The notes below the pieces were generated by a model that saw only the letters and a program-made list of their open reading frames with translations, searched no databases and had not been told where the DNA came from. Shown in pieces: positions 51,801 to 62,606 of a stretch of DNA of 64,000 nt (the first letter of the stretch is position 1; every line of letters starts with the position of its first letter). The translations under genes were made by a program, and so were the position numbers. Location: assembly GCA_001643675.2 (NCBI GenBank), contig LSRY02000025.1, forward strand, positions 806,001 to 870,000. Direction: 5' to 3'. The DNA comes from Monocercomonoides exilis PA203. Taxonomy: Eukaryota > Protista > Preaxostyla.

Positions 51801-52024
51801 TGATGAAAATTTTCACATTTGACATTTTCATTTGCTTTTTTCTTCAATTGAAAAGAAGGAATCTATTAGCATCATTGTTCAAATGATTTTAATGATTCAG
51901 CAATATTCATAAACCAAACATTCTTTGTTTAATGTTCTGATATTTTAGCGGTTTATTGAAAAGAATAATTATGGATCGTGCGTATAATAGATATTTTTTT
52001 CAAAAAGACATAATATTCCTTGTG

Positions 52025-55000
52025 ATGTGGGTGCATTTGTCTTTTTTGGCATGCTTGTTTCTTGTTAACATTTTTGAGGCATGGGGTGCCACACATATTC
52101 CTTCGCTAAAAAATCCAGTTGCAAGCACAGATTTACTTTTTGATAATTTCCCTGTTTATTCGAATCAAGACGGTCTAAAAGATGTATATTTTCTTACAAA
52201 AAACACCAATATAAATACGATCGAGTCAAATGTTTCATTAGCGTTGAAAGGATGGCAGAATGGTGCATCGACTTCAATTAATTCATTTTTTGGATTTTGC
52301 AATTCTACAATTGGATTGAAAAGTGTAACTCTTGAACACGCATCTTCACCGTTTGCTCTAATAAAAGAAAAGTCATGTGTCACACTGGATTCGTGTCTTT
52401 TTCAACAAAAGCTGGAATCTCCGTTTGATTTGCAAAGTGGGACAATCTGCTTCACAAACATGACTTTGATCCCCCAAACAAATGTTAACCCCTCCAGTCT
52501 CATATTTTCATCGGATTATTCAAATACTGCTATTTTGAGGGATTCCATTCTTTCGGATCTGGCTGTTTCGTCATCAAACTATTTTCTATTATCTGGAAAG
52601 GGCAAAAGCGAACAGATCAATGACTGTGTCTTCGAAAACGTGTCTGTGAAATCTGACAAGAACAGTGATTTTCAAATGGAGCATTCATGCCTGTTGAGTT
52701 TAATGGAAAATGCACTCATTTATTCATGTGTAAATGTCTTTGAAGGAGGGATCTCGAGTGGTTCGCACTCTTCACAGGAATTTATCTGCAAAAACACAAC
52801 GATAAGCAACGGGAAAAGAGAAATGAATGCTCTTGAGAAAAAAGGGCAAATGAATTTAACAAATAGCCAATCATTTTCGTTGTGCGAATGGGAAGATTGC
52901 ACAGCACCACAAGGGGGAGCTCTTTTTGTGTATAACAATGAAGATGCAATTCTCACAGTTGAAAATTGTTCTTTCACAAAATGCAATGCTTCTTCCACAA
53001 GAGGCGGGGGAATATATGCGTTGAAAATTGCTGAATGTTCTGTGCGAAATTCCATATTCAAGAACTGTTCTTGTGAAGCTACAACAAATTATGGAGGAGG
53101 AGGCATTCAGTTTGAAAGTATTTATGTTCAATCAATAGTTGAAGATTGTTTGTTTCAAAAATGTTCTTCTGGAAACGATGGAGGAGCAATTGATCTTCGC
53201 CCAACGATGACAAAAAAACAGAAAAATTGCATTGTCAATTCATTATTTGTATTTTGTTATGCCAACAGTTCCGTGGATGGAAGTAGTGGAGCAATTGAGC
53301 ATTGGAATCCAACGGACAAAGTGGTAATTTCGAATTGTCTCTTTTGTCATTGTCATTCAATGTGTGGAGGAGGGGCTGTCTGCCAAATGACAAACGAAAA
53401 TAATAATGGCATCTTGTTTTATTACTGCTTTTTTCACAATAACACGTGCGAAAAAGGAGGAAACGATGTTGTTCTTCAAGACTCAACATTGAACAACATT
53501 GATCAAAGCTGCTATTCAACAACACAAACAGAAAATAGAGTGAGTTCAAATTCCAATTCAATTGAAGATAAAAGCGAATGGCTTCGAAATGATGGAGGAA
53601 GAATCAGATATGTCTCCTCAGTGTTGACCAAACCAAATGCAAAAGACACATATGCATGCGGAATTAATGAGTCTCATCCATGTGGCACCATCAGCCATTG
53701 CCTCACTCAGCTGATCCCGGATGTTGCGAAGGATATCCAGATACTCGCAGGAACGATCACAGAGACCAAAAGTGTGGATTGTGATGCCAACACTTTCACA
53801 ATATATGGCCAGAGTGGTTTGAGCACAATAGTGCAGACAGAATTGGAAACAGCTGGGTTGCCTCTTTTTGCTGTCTCGACAGGCACATTGTCTGTCAATG
53901 ATCTTTCCCTTGTGCATGACTTTATCCATCCCAATAATCAAGCTTCAAGGCTATTTGAGATTTCTGGAGCAGGAGAGATGCATGTGAGCAGACTGAACAT
54001 TTCAACGGGAAGTGGACAATCAACAGAAACAGCATTTTCGACAGAGCTGATCAATGTCCAGAATGGTATGCTGCAGGTGGACAATGTGAACTGGGCAAAG
54101 ACGATCTCCACAACTTCATTGTTTTCGCTTTCTTCTGCAAATGAAATTTCATTGACACTTTCAGAATGCACCTTTGATGGGATTGAGAGAACAAACAGTG
54201 GAGCAGCTGTAATCTCGTTTTCCAACAACAAGGCAAACATTAAGCTGAATTCATGTTCATTTATGGGATGTGGAAGCAGAACATCAGCTGATGGAGGATC
54301 GATGATGCTATGTGCAGGAAATGGAAATGAAGTGAAGGTGAATGGCGGATCTTTCGATGGATGCTTTTGTTCGGCATCCAATGGTCTTGGGGGTGGAATT
54401 CTTCTTCGATTATCGACTGGAAGTCCAAATATCCTGATCTCCTCTTCATTTGGAACGAACACAGCCAAATGGGGAAGTGACATCTTTATCCTTTCACCAG
54501 ACCTGGAAGAAACTGCAAGGTCACAAAAGATTTCATGCGTGACAGGTTCAATGGATTCTGTTGACAAGGTTAGAGGATACGACAACGGAAATACGAGTGT
54601 GGCCATTCCTCTGTGCATCTATCTCCTTCCCACCCCAGAAGAAATATATGTGAGCAACTTCGAGGCATCTGATCACTCACATTGTGGAATAGTCCAATTC
54701 CCCTGTTTGACAATAAAGTACTCTCTCACACGTCAAACAGAAACAAAGAAAGTTGCTGTGAGTGGAATGATTATGATGGCTGATGAACTGACTTTTGCCA
54801 ATCAGAAGCATGAAATCCGAGGAAATGATGATGAAAGTGGCTGGACAGTCTCTGATTCGAGTGCAACATCCAATTCAGCGATGATAACAATAAATGCGGA
54901 AACAGTATTATCGATACTTCTCTTCTCTCTTCCTTCTTCTTTTTCATCACATTCCACTTTTGTTTCATCATCTTCTTCAACACTGACCCTATCACATTGT

Positions 55001-58000
55001 TCTTTAACTCTTCAAGATTCTTCATCAGAACTGGTATCCTTATTCTTATCCATTGCCTCGGGAATCCTGACAATTGATTCGTTCTCAGCTTCATCAATCA
55101 CTTTGAGAGGAAATCCGTTGATCTCTTTGTCTGGAAGTGGTTCAAAGGCAGAGTTGATGGGCAATCAGTTGTTGAGCATGACTGAATGCAATTTCACAAA
55201 AATAAGAAGAACAGCTGGAAGTGGAGGCTGCGTGAGCATTGACAACAGCGATGATGAAGATTCAAATTCAGAAATAAATATTGAAGAATGTGATTTTGAT
55301 GGATGCGCTGTGCTTGATGATGGAAGCAGAGGAGGGGCAATGTTTTCTCAGTTGAAAGGGAATACTCAATTGAATATTATTTCATGCACATTCGCAGGAT
55401 GCACTGCACCAACTGAAGAGGAGAAATCTGGCTTTGGAGGAGGGATGGCACTGAAGTTGATTGATGATTATTCTTTGTTTGTGATCTCTTCACCTGTTTT
55501 TTGTTCAGATAAACCAAATATTGCAAAATACGGAAATGACCTGTTTGTTGAATCGCCAAGCCTGACAAAGAGCATCACAAACACCTCCCTTCCGTTTGTA
55601 TGTAAGAATCTGAATGATATTTCCTTAAATTCTATGATGGGTTTCGATGGGAATGATAAAGAAAATGCCATCCCGCTGGTGTATTTCTGGATTGCACTTG
55701 GATCAGAGATATTTGTTGGAGGTGAAGGAAAAGATATGGGTGCCTGTGGGTTTTCGGATTGTCCTTGCCTGTCAATCGATTATTCTCTGGATCGATTGCC
55801 TGAGGGAAACGAAAGGAATATAAACATCATTGGAAAAGGAGTTCTTCAGAAATGTGTGGATCTCAGCGGGGCTGCAATAAAATCAGATAATAGCCTCATT
55901 TGCTCCTTGGAATGTCTCGCTTCGCTTGAAGGATCAGAGAAAGCAGCAATGAAGATTCAGGGAATTACAAACTTCGAACTGATAAACTTTGTGATGCCAT
56001 CTTCATTCACTTGTGATGTTAAAAGTTTGATAAATGTTGGATCAAGTGATGCGTTGTTGACTGTGAAGGACTGTTCATTCACAAAAATGGAAGAAAGCAG
56101 AGAAGAAATAATCAGCTATGGGCTGATTAAAGCAGATGGAGGCACAGTTCAATTGGAATTGGTGGCAATACAATCGCTGTCTTTTTCAAAGGATGTGATT
56201 TCTGTGTTATCTTCAACGATTCTGAACATCAAAAATCTGACGATGAGGAATATTGATCTGGATGGAGCAAGCGGATTGAGCATTTCAAAGATTTCAAGAA
56301 GAGGAAAAAATGAAATTGAACAAGATGTTGTCATTGAGTGGAGTGTATTCGAAGAAGTCACCCAGAACACAACTGCTGATATTTCTGTCATTCGAAATGA
56401 CAATGATGTTGAGCCATTGAAAATGGTGATACGAAACACAACGATGAAGAGATGTGGGGGAACGAGGTGCGGAAAGGGAGGGGCAATATTTGCCCTGTTG
56501 AACGAAGGAGGAAAGTTTGACTGCTCATTTTGCACGATTTCTGAGTGCTTCTGCTCAACCACAGGAAGAGGTGGCTGGCTGTTTCTGGAATGCACCTCGA
56601 CAGCTGAACAGCCTCTGAAGTTTGTGCTGTCGAATATCACATTCAAGGATAACTCAGCGTTCAGAGGGAGAGACGTGTATGTGAGATGCCACTCACTCGA
56701 AACTCAAATTGCAGATGAACAGTTCTTGTTGGATTTCAGAGCGCCGTTTGTGAAGGATCTAGCAATGTGGGGCTGCACAACCGACTCGTTTGTGGGGGAA
56801 GAGGATCTGCTGCTGAGGGTTGTGAAATACCAGAGCGAGACGATCTTTGTGTCTTCTGCTGCAGACAACCACGAGGACAGCAAGCAATGTGGAGAGTTCG
56901 ACAAGCCTTGCGAGTCGCTGAACGAGGGGGTGCAGCACATCGTTCCGTCTCAATACTCCCAGCTGCTGGTGTCGCACCAGACAGCCATCTGCGCGCCATG
57001 CAGCGCAACCAGCGTGAGCATCCGCTCGCTCGAGTCCCCGTCCTCTGCGCTTGTCCGTCTCGACACCCCCATCCAGCACTGCCCAGCCATCCTCGCAACC
57101 TCTGCAAACGTCCGGATCGAGTGCCTCGACTTCCTCTTCAGCCAATCCTTTTCGCACACAGGCAGTGCTGTTGTGTGCCACACCGATGGCCACCTCTCGC
57201 TCTCCTTTGTCCAGTTTGCTTCCTCTTCCCCTTCATCAGCCACCTCGCCAGCTGCACACCCGGTGCTCCTCAACTCCTCCCTGCTCGCCATCGAGGGTGG
57301 CCACCTGACTGTCGACAACTGCTCCGTCCTGCACCTCGCGTTCGCTCTCCCGCCTTTCCTCCTCTCCGCTGCCAACCGTGTCGCCCTCGCAAACATAAAC
57401 CTCCAGCACCTCCAGCTGTCAGCCAGCGCCTTCGAGTTCCGCCAGTGCCAGAGCGCCTCGGCACACAGCGTGGCAGCCGAGCATCTGGTGTTTTCGCAGG
57501 GCAGCATCCTCTGCCTCCCCGCCACTGCCACCTCCACAGGAGACATTGCCTTTTCCGGCTCGTCTTTCCGCAACTGCACAAACACACGCTCCAGCTCCAG
57601 CACCAGCACCAGCACAAGCACAAGCACCTCCTTTGGCTCGTCTGTGCTTTCTGCGTCTTCCCCCTCTGCGCACATAGCCCTGTCCAACTTCACCTGCTCG
57701 CAATGTGGCCCATCCTCTGACAACGATGCACGTGAACCTGCACAGCAGGGGAGCGTTGTGAGTGTGAGCAATGCAGCTGATCTCTCGCTGGCCATGTGTG
57801 TGTTTGAGGGAGCACGTTCAGAAACAGCTGCAAGTGCAAATGAGAATGGAAATGGAAACAACGCAGACAGCATCTGCTCATGGAATGCATCGCTGGTCCA
57901 TCTGTGCAACACAACAGCAGCCATCAGCGATCTCACAGTGGCAAACGCATCGGATGGAGCGCTGTCTGTCTCGGGAGGCACTGTCCGCATGGACGATGCA

Positions 58001-59956
58001 AAGTTTGTGGGCAACAGCCCCTCTGCCCGCAGCAGCCCTTCGGCCAGCAGCTATCCGTCTGCCCGCCGGAACATCGCCTGCTCCGATGGGGCGTCGCTGA
58101 CGCTGGCGAGCTTGAAAGGGGGAGACGGCGCGAAAGACAACACCTCTCTGTGGATACTGGACAGCGGATGCACGCTTGCCGGCATCCCCCGCCACAGGCT
58201 GTCTCCCTTCTTCATCCCAACACTCCATTCCGCCCACGAGGCGGGAAACGAAGCAGAAGCAATGAGCGAGGTCACAATCAGATTCCAGGGAGAGCTCCTC
58301 TTGCCGTGCAATCTGTCGTTCCGGCTGGCAACAACCATCGGAACAGAGGAATTGCTGCATCGGTACGAGTTCGATGCAAAAGGGCTTGTCTCGGAAAAGG
58401 AGGCCTTTGGGGAAATACAAGGGAGCATCCTTCGAGAGGCGCCAGCAGAGGCAGAGGTGTCTGTGTGTCTGCTCTTTGGCAATGCTGATGCTCCCTCGGC
58501 CACTGAGTCTTTCATCCTGAAGAACAGAAGTGCACCCAAGGCAAATGGAGATGAAAGAATTGTTGAAGGAGGAAAGAAAGAAAAATCAATATGGCCGATT
58601 ATTGTTATCATTGTGTGCATAATATGCATTATACTGCTTGTAGTCATTGTTGTTCTGGCTGTTCGTTGGAGGAAGGCAAGGAATGAGAACAAAGATCTAA
58701 GAGAGATTGTGAATGACACGGTGAAGAAAGATCCGAAGCTGATTGAGATGGTAACAATGGAAATGTCACCTGAGGAGCAGTGGAGGAGAGCTGAGAGAGA
58801 GGCAGAGAAGAAGAATGAAGAGAGGATCAAGAAAAGAGCATATGATACGAATATGCAACATTCAGAATCGTCGGAGTATCTTTTGGCTGAGAGTGGCTCC
58901 ACTGAATACATTCTGGGAAGAGACTCAGATAAGATTCCTGAATATGCATTGAAGAAAATAATTGAGGAGGGAGAAGAAGAAGAGACAAGAAAGCGAACTC
59001 CTTCACCTTCTATTTCATCCACTTCAACCACAGACACTTCGGACACTGAATCCACATTTGTTCGAGGGGAAGATTTGTGCCCGACAACCTCATCCATGTC
59101 GAATCTGGTGGATGCAATAGCATGCTCTTCTCCTCATGAGAAGCTGATTGTGGATTTGAGGGATTCATTGTTCATGCTGCTTCATGGAAGAAATGAGAAG
59201 AAGGAGATGGAAATTGGGAGCCTTCAACAAAGGGAGCAAACAGCTGCTCAAATCCTGTTCTGGGTGGCGAATGGGGCACTTCACTCGTTTGAAGAAATGG
59301 AAAATCCACTCTCTTCACTTGCCAATCTGAGTCCTCACATTGTGCTGTTTTCAGAACACATGGTCATCTGCATTGTGATGCACTCTGACTTATTGTCTAA
59401 TGATTCTGATTCATCGTCCGTCTCATCATCGACTGTTGCAACTTCTGCCAGTGATGATGACGATGAAGATTCTCTTCCTTCATCAGCGTTTGAGGATAAG
59501 GATGACTTCAGGAAAGAGTGTCTGAGGTGGAAGGCGCCTGAGCTGCTGATCAACAAGAAGATGGGAGCAGCAAAGGAGTCAGTCTCGTTCTCTATTGGGA
59601 TGATGCTGTGGGAGTGCCTGACGCTGCAGATCCCGTTTGGGGAGTATGAGGCAGAGGTGGCTGGGCAGAAGATTGCGAACGGAGAGCGGCCAGCACTCGA
59701 GGCAGTGCAGTGCTCTTCCTTCTTTGTTCTGGTGAAGAGCTGTGTGTCCCAGTCGCCTGGTGCACGCCCCTCCCTTGTCCAGCTCAAAAGAGAGTTCATT
59801 GGGCGCTTCCCGCCTGGCGCAGCTGTCCTCACCCTCACAGACGCAGTCGACCTCGAAGACTCGACCGGTGGGCGCAGGCAAGGCACAACATCCTTTGCCT
59901 TCTCAGCCGGCAGCACTGCCAACGAAGCCCAGCCAACGGTCAACACCAAAATTTGA
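52025..59956 (+). CDS. Giant single-pass receptor-like protein with TKL-like pseudokinase, intact paralog, ~2,643 aa
   Basis: Uninterrupted ORF. Likely ATG at 52025 gives the signal-like MWVHLSFLACLFLVNIFEAWG. GGAL/GGGI/GGAI repeats, four CG-x4/5-PC motifs (~53657, 54682, 55745, 56888), TM ~58589-58663, then RWKAPE / SFSIGMMLWECLT / GERP / ARPS. Confidence 0.92.
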   Translation: MWVHLSFLACLFLVNIFEAWGATHIPSLKNPVASTDLLFDNFPVYSNQDGLKDVYFLTKNTNINTIESNVSLALKGWQNGASTSINSFFGFCNSTIGLKSVTLEHASSPFALIKEKSCVTLDSCLFQQKLESPFDLQSGTICFTNMTLIPQTNVNPSSLIFSSDYSNTAILRDSILSDLAVSSSNYFLLSGKGKSEQINDCVFENVSVKSDKNSDFQMEHSCLLSLMENALIYSCVNVFEGGISSGSHSSQEFICKNTTISNGKREMNALEKKGQMNLTNSQSFSLCEWEDCTAPQGGALFVYNNEDAILTVENCSFTKCNASSTRGGGIYALKIAECSVRNSIFKNCSCEATTNYGGGGIQFESIYVQSIVEDCLFQKCSSGNDGGAIDLRPTMTKKQKNCIVNSLFVFCYANSSVDGSSGAIEHWNPTDKVVISNCLFCHCHSMCGGGAVCQMTNENNNGILFYYCFFHNNTCEKGGNDVVLQDSTLNNIDQSCYSTTQTENRVSSNSNSIEDKSEWLRNDGGRIRYVSSVLTKPNAKDTYACGINESHPCGTISHCLTQLIPDVAKDIQILAGTITETKSVDCDANTFTIYGQSGLSTIVQTELETAGLPLFAVSTGTLSVNDLSLVHDFIHPNNQASRLFEISGAGEMHVSRLNISTGSGQSTETAFSTELINVQNGMLQVDNVNWAKTISTTSLFSLSSANEISLTLSECTFDGIERTNSGAAVISFSNNKANIKLNSCSFMGCGSRTSADGGSMMLCAGNGNEVKVNGGSFDGCFCSASNGLGGGILLRLSTGSPNILISSSFGTNTAKWGSDIFILSPDLEETARSQKISCVTGSMDSVDKVRGYDNGNTSVAIPLCIYLLPTPEEIYVSNFEASDHSHCGIVQFPCLTIKYSLTRQTETKKVAVSGMIMMADELTFANQKHEIRGNDDESGWTVSDSSATSNSAMITINAETVLSILLFSLPSSFSSHSTFVSSSSSTLTLSHCSLTLQDSSSELVSLFLSIASGILTIDSFSASSITLRGNPLISLSGSGSKAELMGNQLLSMTECNFTKIRRTAGSGGCVSIDNSDDEDSNSEINIEECDFDGCAVLDDGSRGGAMFSQLKGNTQLNIISCTFAGCTAPTEEEKSGFGGGMALKLIDDYSLFVISSPVFCSDKPNIAKYGNDLFVESPSLTKSITNTSLPFVCKNLNDISLNSMMGFDGNDKENAIPLVYFWIALGSEIFVGGEGKDMGACGFSDCPCLSIDYSLDRLPEGNERNINIIGKGVLQKCVDLSGAAIKSDNSLICSLECLASLEGSEKAAMKIQGITNFELINFVMPSSFTCDVKSLINVGSSDALLTVKDCSFTKMEESREEIISYGLIKADGGTVQLELVAIQSLSFSKDVISVLSSTILNIKNLTMRNIDLDGASGLSISKISRRGKNEIEQDVVIEWSVFEEVTQNTTADISVIRNDNDVEPLKMVIRNTTMKRCGGTRCGKGGAIFALLNEGGKFDCSFCTISECFCSTTGRGGWLFLECTSTAEQPLKFVLSNITFKDNSAFRGRDVYVRCHSLETQIADEQFLLDFRAPFVKDLAMWGCTTDSFVGEEDLLLRVVKYQSETIFVSSAADNHEDSKQCGEFDKPCESLNEGVQHIVPSQYSQLLVSHQTAICAPCSATSVSIRSLESPSSALVRLDTPIQHCPAILATSANVRIECLDFLFSQSFSHTGSAVVCHTDGHLSLSFVQFASSSPSSATSPAAHPVLLNSSLLAIEGGHLTVDNCSVLHLAFALPPFLLSAANRVALANINLQHLQLSASAFEFRQCQSASAHSVAAEHLVFSQGSILCLPATATSTGDIAFSGSSFRNCTNTRSSSSTSTSTSTSTSFGSSVLSASSPSAHIALSNFTCSQCGPSSDNDAREPAQQGSVVSVSNAADLSLAMCVFEGARSETAASANENGNGNNADSICSWNASLVHLCNTTAAISDLTVANASDGALSVSGGTVRMDDAKFVGNSPSARSSPSASSYPSARRNIACSDGASLTLASLKGGDGAKDNTSLWILDSGCTLAGIPRHRLSPFFIPTLHSAHEAGNEAEAMSEVTIRFQGELLLPCNLSFRLATTIGTEELLHRYEFDAKGLVSEKEAFGEIQGSILREAPAEAEVSVCLLFGNADAPSATESFILKNRSAPKANGDERIVEGGKKEKSIWPIIVIIVCIICIILLVVIVVLAVRWRKARNENKDLREIVNDTVKKDPKLIEMVTMEMSPEEQWRRAEREAEKKNEERIKKRAYDTNMQHSESSEYLLAESGSTEYILGRDSDKIPEYALKKIIEEGEEEETRKRTPSPSISSTSTTDTSDTESTFVRGEDLCPTTSSMSNLVDAIACSSPHEKLIVDLRDSLFMLLHGRNEKKEMEIGSLQQREQTAAQILFWVANGALHSFEEMENPLSSLANLSPHIVLFSEHMVICIVMHSDLLSNDSDSSSVSSSTVATSASDDDDEDSLPSSAFEDKDDFRKECLRWKAPELLINKKMGAAKESVSFSIGMMLWECLTLQIPFGEYEAEVAGQKIANGERPALEAVQCSSFFVLVKSCVSQSPGARPSLVQLKREFIGRFPPGAAVLTLTDAVDLEDSTGGRRQGTTSFAFSAGSTANEAQPTVNTKI

Positions 59957-60346
59957 GAATGAAAAAGAAATGAGAAAAAAGAATGTGTATTTGAAAGAAG
60001 AGAATTTCAATTGCGCTGGTGATCATCGCCAGTGATGTTTGTTTTGTGTTTGTTTTTATCCTTAAGTTTGCTAATTTGTTTGAGCAAAGCACATATTTTG
60101 CTCCTCTTGGGTTCATTTTTGCAGAACAGGCGATTCTCAACGACAGAGTCGCACTGTCATGTGCTTCTGCATCCTTGCTCAGGCTTGCGACAACAAAGGG
60201 CTTTCCCAAAAGCCCTCCAGCAACCAATTATCGATTGTCTGAGCCAGGCCTTGCCAATTCGCATTGCATCACCCTCGGACTTCTTGGCCAAAGAATGGCA
60301 CAAAAGCCAAACACAAAAGGGTATTCAATATGCTGAGGTTGGAGGC
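59957..60346 (+). repeat. Conserved 3' flank co-duplicated with the receptor gene (copy 2)
   Basis: Aligns with 13035-13428. Confidence 0.9.
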
Positions 60347-61038
60347 TTCGACAATTATATTTTTGTATGTTAGCTTTAATGATTAATTTGTCTTATTTTG
60401 TTCGGTTTCTGCTCATTTTGCTCTTCATTATTTATCTGAGCTTATTCAACTTTTCTTCTTCGTTTTTGGATGCAGCAAAGTTTTTACAAATTTCAGCCAT
60501 TCATTCACACATTCTGTGAATTTGATCTTCATTTTGATAATTGAAATATGTATTTCCACTGTATCCTTTTTTTTGTAATAATTACAGTTGTTTTAATAGT
60601 TTTCGTTTTCCTTATTCAGCGAAAATTCAATTCAATCAAACTTAAATCTTTTCACTAATTTCAGTCAATTTATAAAATTACTTAGTATTAATATTTTTCT
60701 TTCGTTCACGTATTTGGAAATTTTTGTTGCTTATAACTTTGTATAGTCAAATAGCATTATTGTAAATCACATTTTGAGATTGAGTGTGTTTTTTTAGTGT
60801 TGATTGAAAAGTAACTTTTTTTTCAATTTTTGTTCATTATTAGTCAGTCAAAATTATAGAATTCAGCAAAGCAAATTATTTATTTTTATATTTATTTTTA
60901 AAGGACGAAAGGAACATGCAAAAAGGTCATGCGGATTTTGCATCTGTTCTTATCAACACTGCAACAAATCAAATCCAAAGATCATAATCAACTGATTAAC
61001 TTCGACAATGATGATTCAGTAATAAAAATATCGTTTTT

Positions 61039-61079
<41 letters not shown>

Positions 61080-61209
61080 TATTTATTGTCACCCAAAAAA
61101 TTAATCAGTGCTCAACAAAATAAAACGGGACGAAAAAGTTCTTTCTCTCTAGAGTTCTTTAAGAAAAAAAATAAATAACAGAAAACTTTCAAAGTATTTT
61201 TATAAACTA

Positions 61210-61586
61210 CAGTTTGCGCAAAAAATACCGGACATCGCAAAAAATACCGGACAAGATCGATATCTCAATAACCGCAAGAAGAAAAATTCTGACAATTTTC
61301 CTCAAAACGTATCTCATCAATGCAAACTCGCGTGACATAAAAGACTTTTAGGACAGCTTCGCTTGAGCTCAGAAAAAATTATTTTCAAAATATCGGAGAA
61401 ATTGGATTTTGAGTTTCTCCGAGATTTTTAAAATTATTTTCTCTGAGCATAAACGAGGAAGTAATGAAAGTCTTATACGTCACGTGAGTTTGTATTGATG
61501 AGGTATATCTTTAGGAAAATTGTCAGAATTTTTCCTCTTGCGGTTATTGAGATATCGATCTTGTCCGGTATTTTTTGCGATATCTG
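61210..61586. mobile_element. Tc1/mariner-type hairpin MITE (377 bp) with TA target-site duplication
   Basis: TA|CAG...CTG|TA ends (TA at 61208-9 and 61587-8). Arms pair almost to the centre (cgcaaaaaataccggacaagatcgatatctcaataaccgcaaga with its reverse complement at ~61536-61579), leaving a ~12-nt loop near 61402-61413. An 18-bp subterminal motif is duplicated in the left arm. Confidence 0.8.
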
Positions 61587-62058
61587 TAACAATCACCAAG
61601 TTAAATTTTTATTGTCCAAAATTATTCATTAAAAACAATATTTTCAATACTAAAAATAGATTTTTGTGTTTTATTTTGTTGAACAAATTTATTTAAACAC
61701 AAATCTGCAAAATCCAAAAATTGTAATTAAAGAACAAAATATTCTGTTTTTATTGAAAAAAACTACATATAGAGAAAATAATTGTGATAATAAATTTTTA
61801 TCTTTTTAATAGCACAAAATTGAAAATGTATGAAAAAAAGGAAAAAATGTTCTTGCACACAAAAATGTGACTATTTCTTGGGTGAGTATTTATGAAATCA
61901 TAACCTTTTTTTGTGTGTAATTATTTCAAAGATTGTTTGCCTTTGGGAAGAGATTTTGTTTTCAAATGCAAAAATTATCATAACTATATCAAAAACAAAT
62001 TCATGATCAGAAATAAAAATAAAGAGGTCTTGAATAAGCCTGTTCACTTTTCAGTGTT

Positions 62059-62606
62059 CATATGGGTAAAAATATTTCACTTCAGGCATATTCATTGAAA
62101 AATTATGCACTTTTCATTGACTATTTTTTATCAAAAAATAATACAAAAATGGTTCTATTTTTTGACATTCGTGAAATGATGTAAAATTTTATGTTTTGAT
62201 TTCAATAGCGCATGTATCAGGATATGAAAATATAATTTATTTCAAAATCTGAGAAAGTGAAATATAGTTGTGAGAGAAACAATTTTTTCTAGCTTTGTGC
62301 ATAAAAAGCTTGAAAGTCCGTATTTTCCCCCATATGGGGAAAAATATACAACTTCAGGTATTTTCATAGAAACATTATGCACTTTTTGTTGACTTTTTTA
62401 TATCAAAAAACACAACAAAAATAGTTCCATTTTTTGACATTTGTGAAATGTGGGAAAACTTTCTGTTTTGATTTCAATGATGTTTGTTTACAAATATGAA
62501 AATCAAATTTATCTTGCAATATTTTTTAGTTAAAAAATGTTGTAAGTGAAACTATTTTTTTGTGCTTTGTGCAAAAAATGCATGAAAGTCCGTGTTTTCC
62601 CCCATT
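62059..62606 (+). repeat. Two tandem ~270-bp units of the same family as the 44266-45614 arms
   Basis: Units share cttcagg..tt..cat.gaaa.attatgcactttt...ttttttgacatt.gtgaaatg...ctttgtgca.aaaa.gc.tgaaagtccgt.ttttcccc. The junction is the palindrome ttttcccccatatggggaaaa. Confidence 0.8.

Noticed and set aside
51956-52024. ORF-track start of the 2666-aa protein
   Set aside because: It begins at TTG. The ATG at 52025 gives a signal-peptide-like N-terminus (an ATG at 51971 is an alternative).
61880-62606. CRISPR-like or other prokaryotic array
   Set aside because: Eukaryotic intron-containing context, long degenerate units with no unique spacers, and no cas genes.
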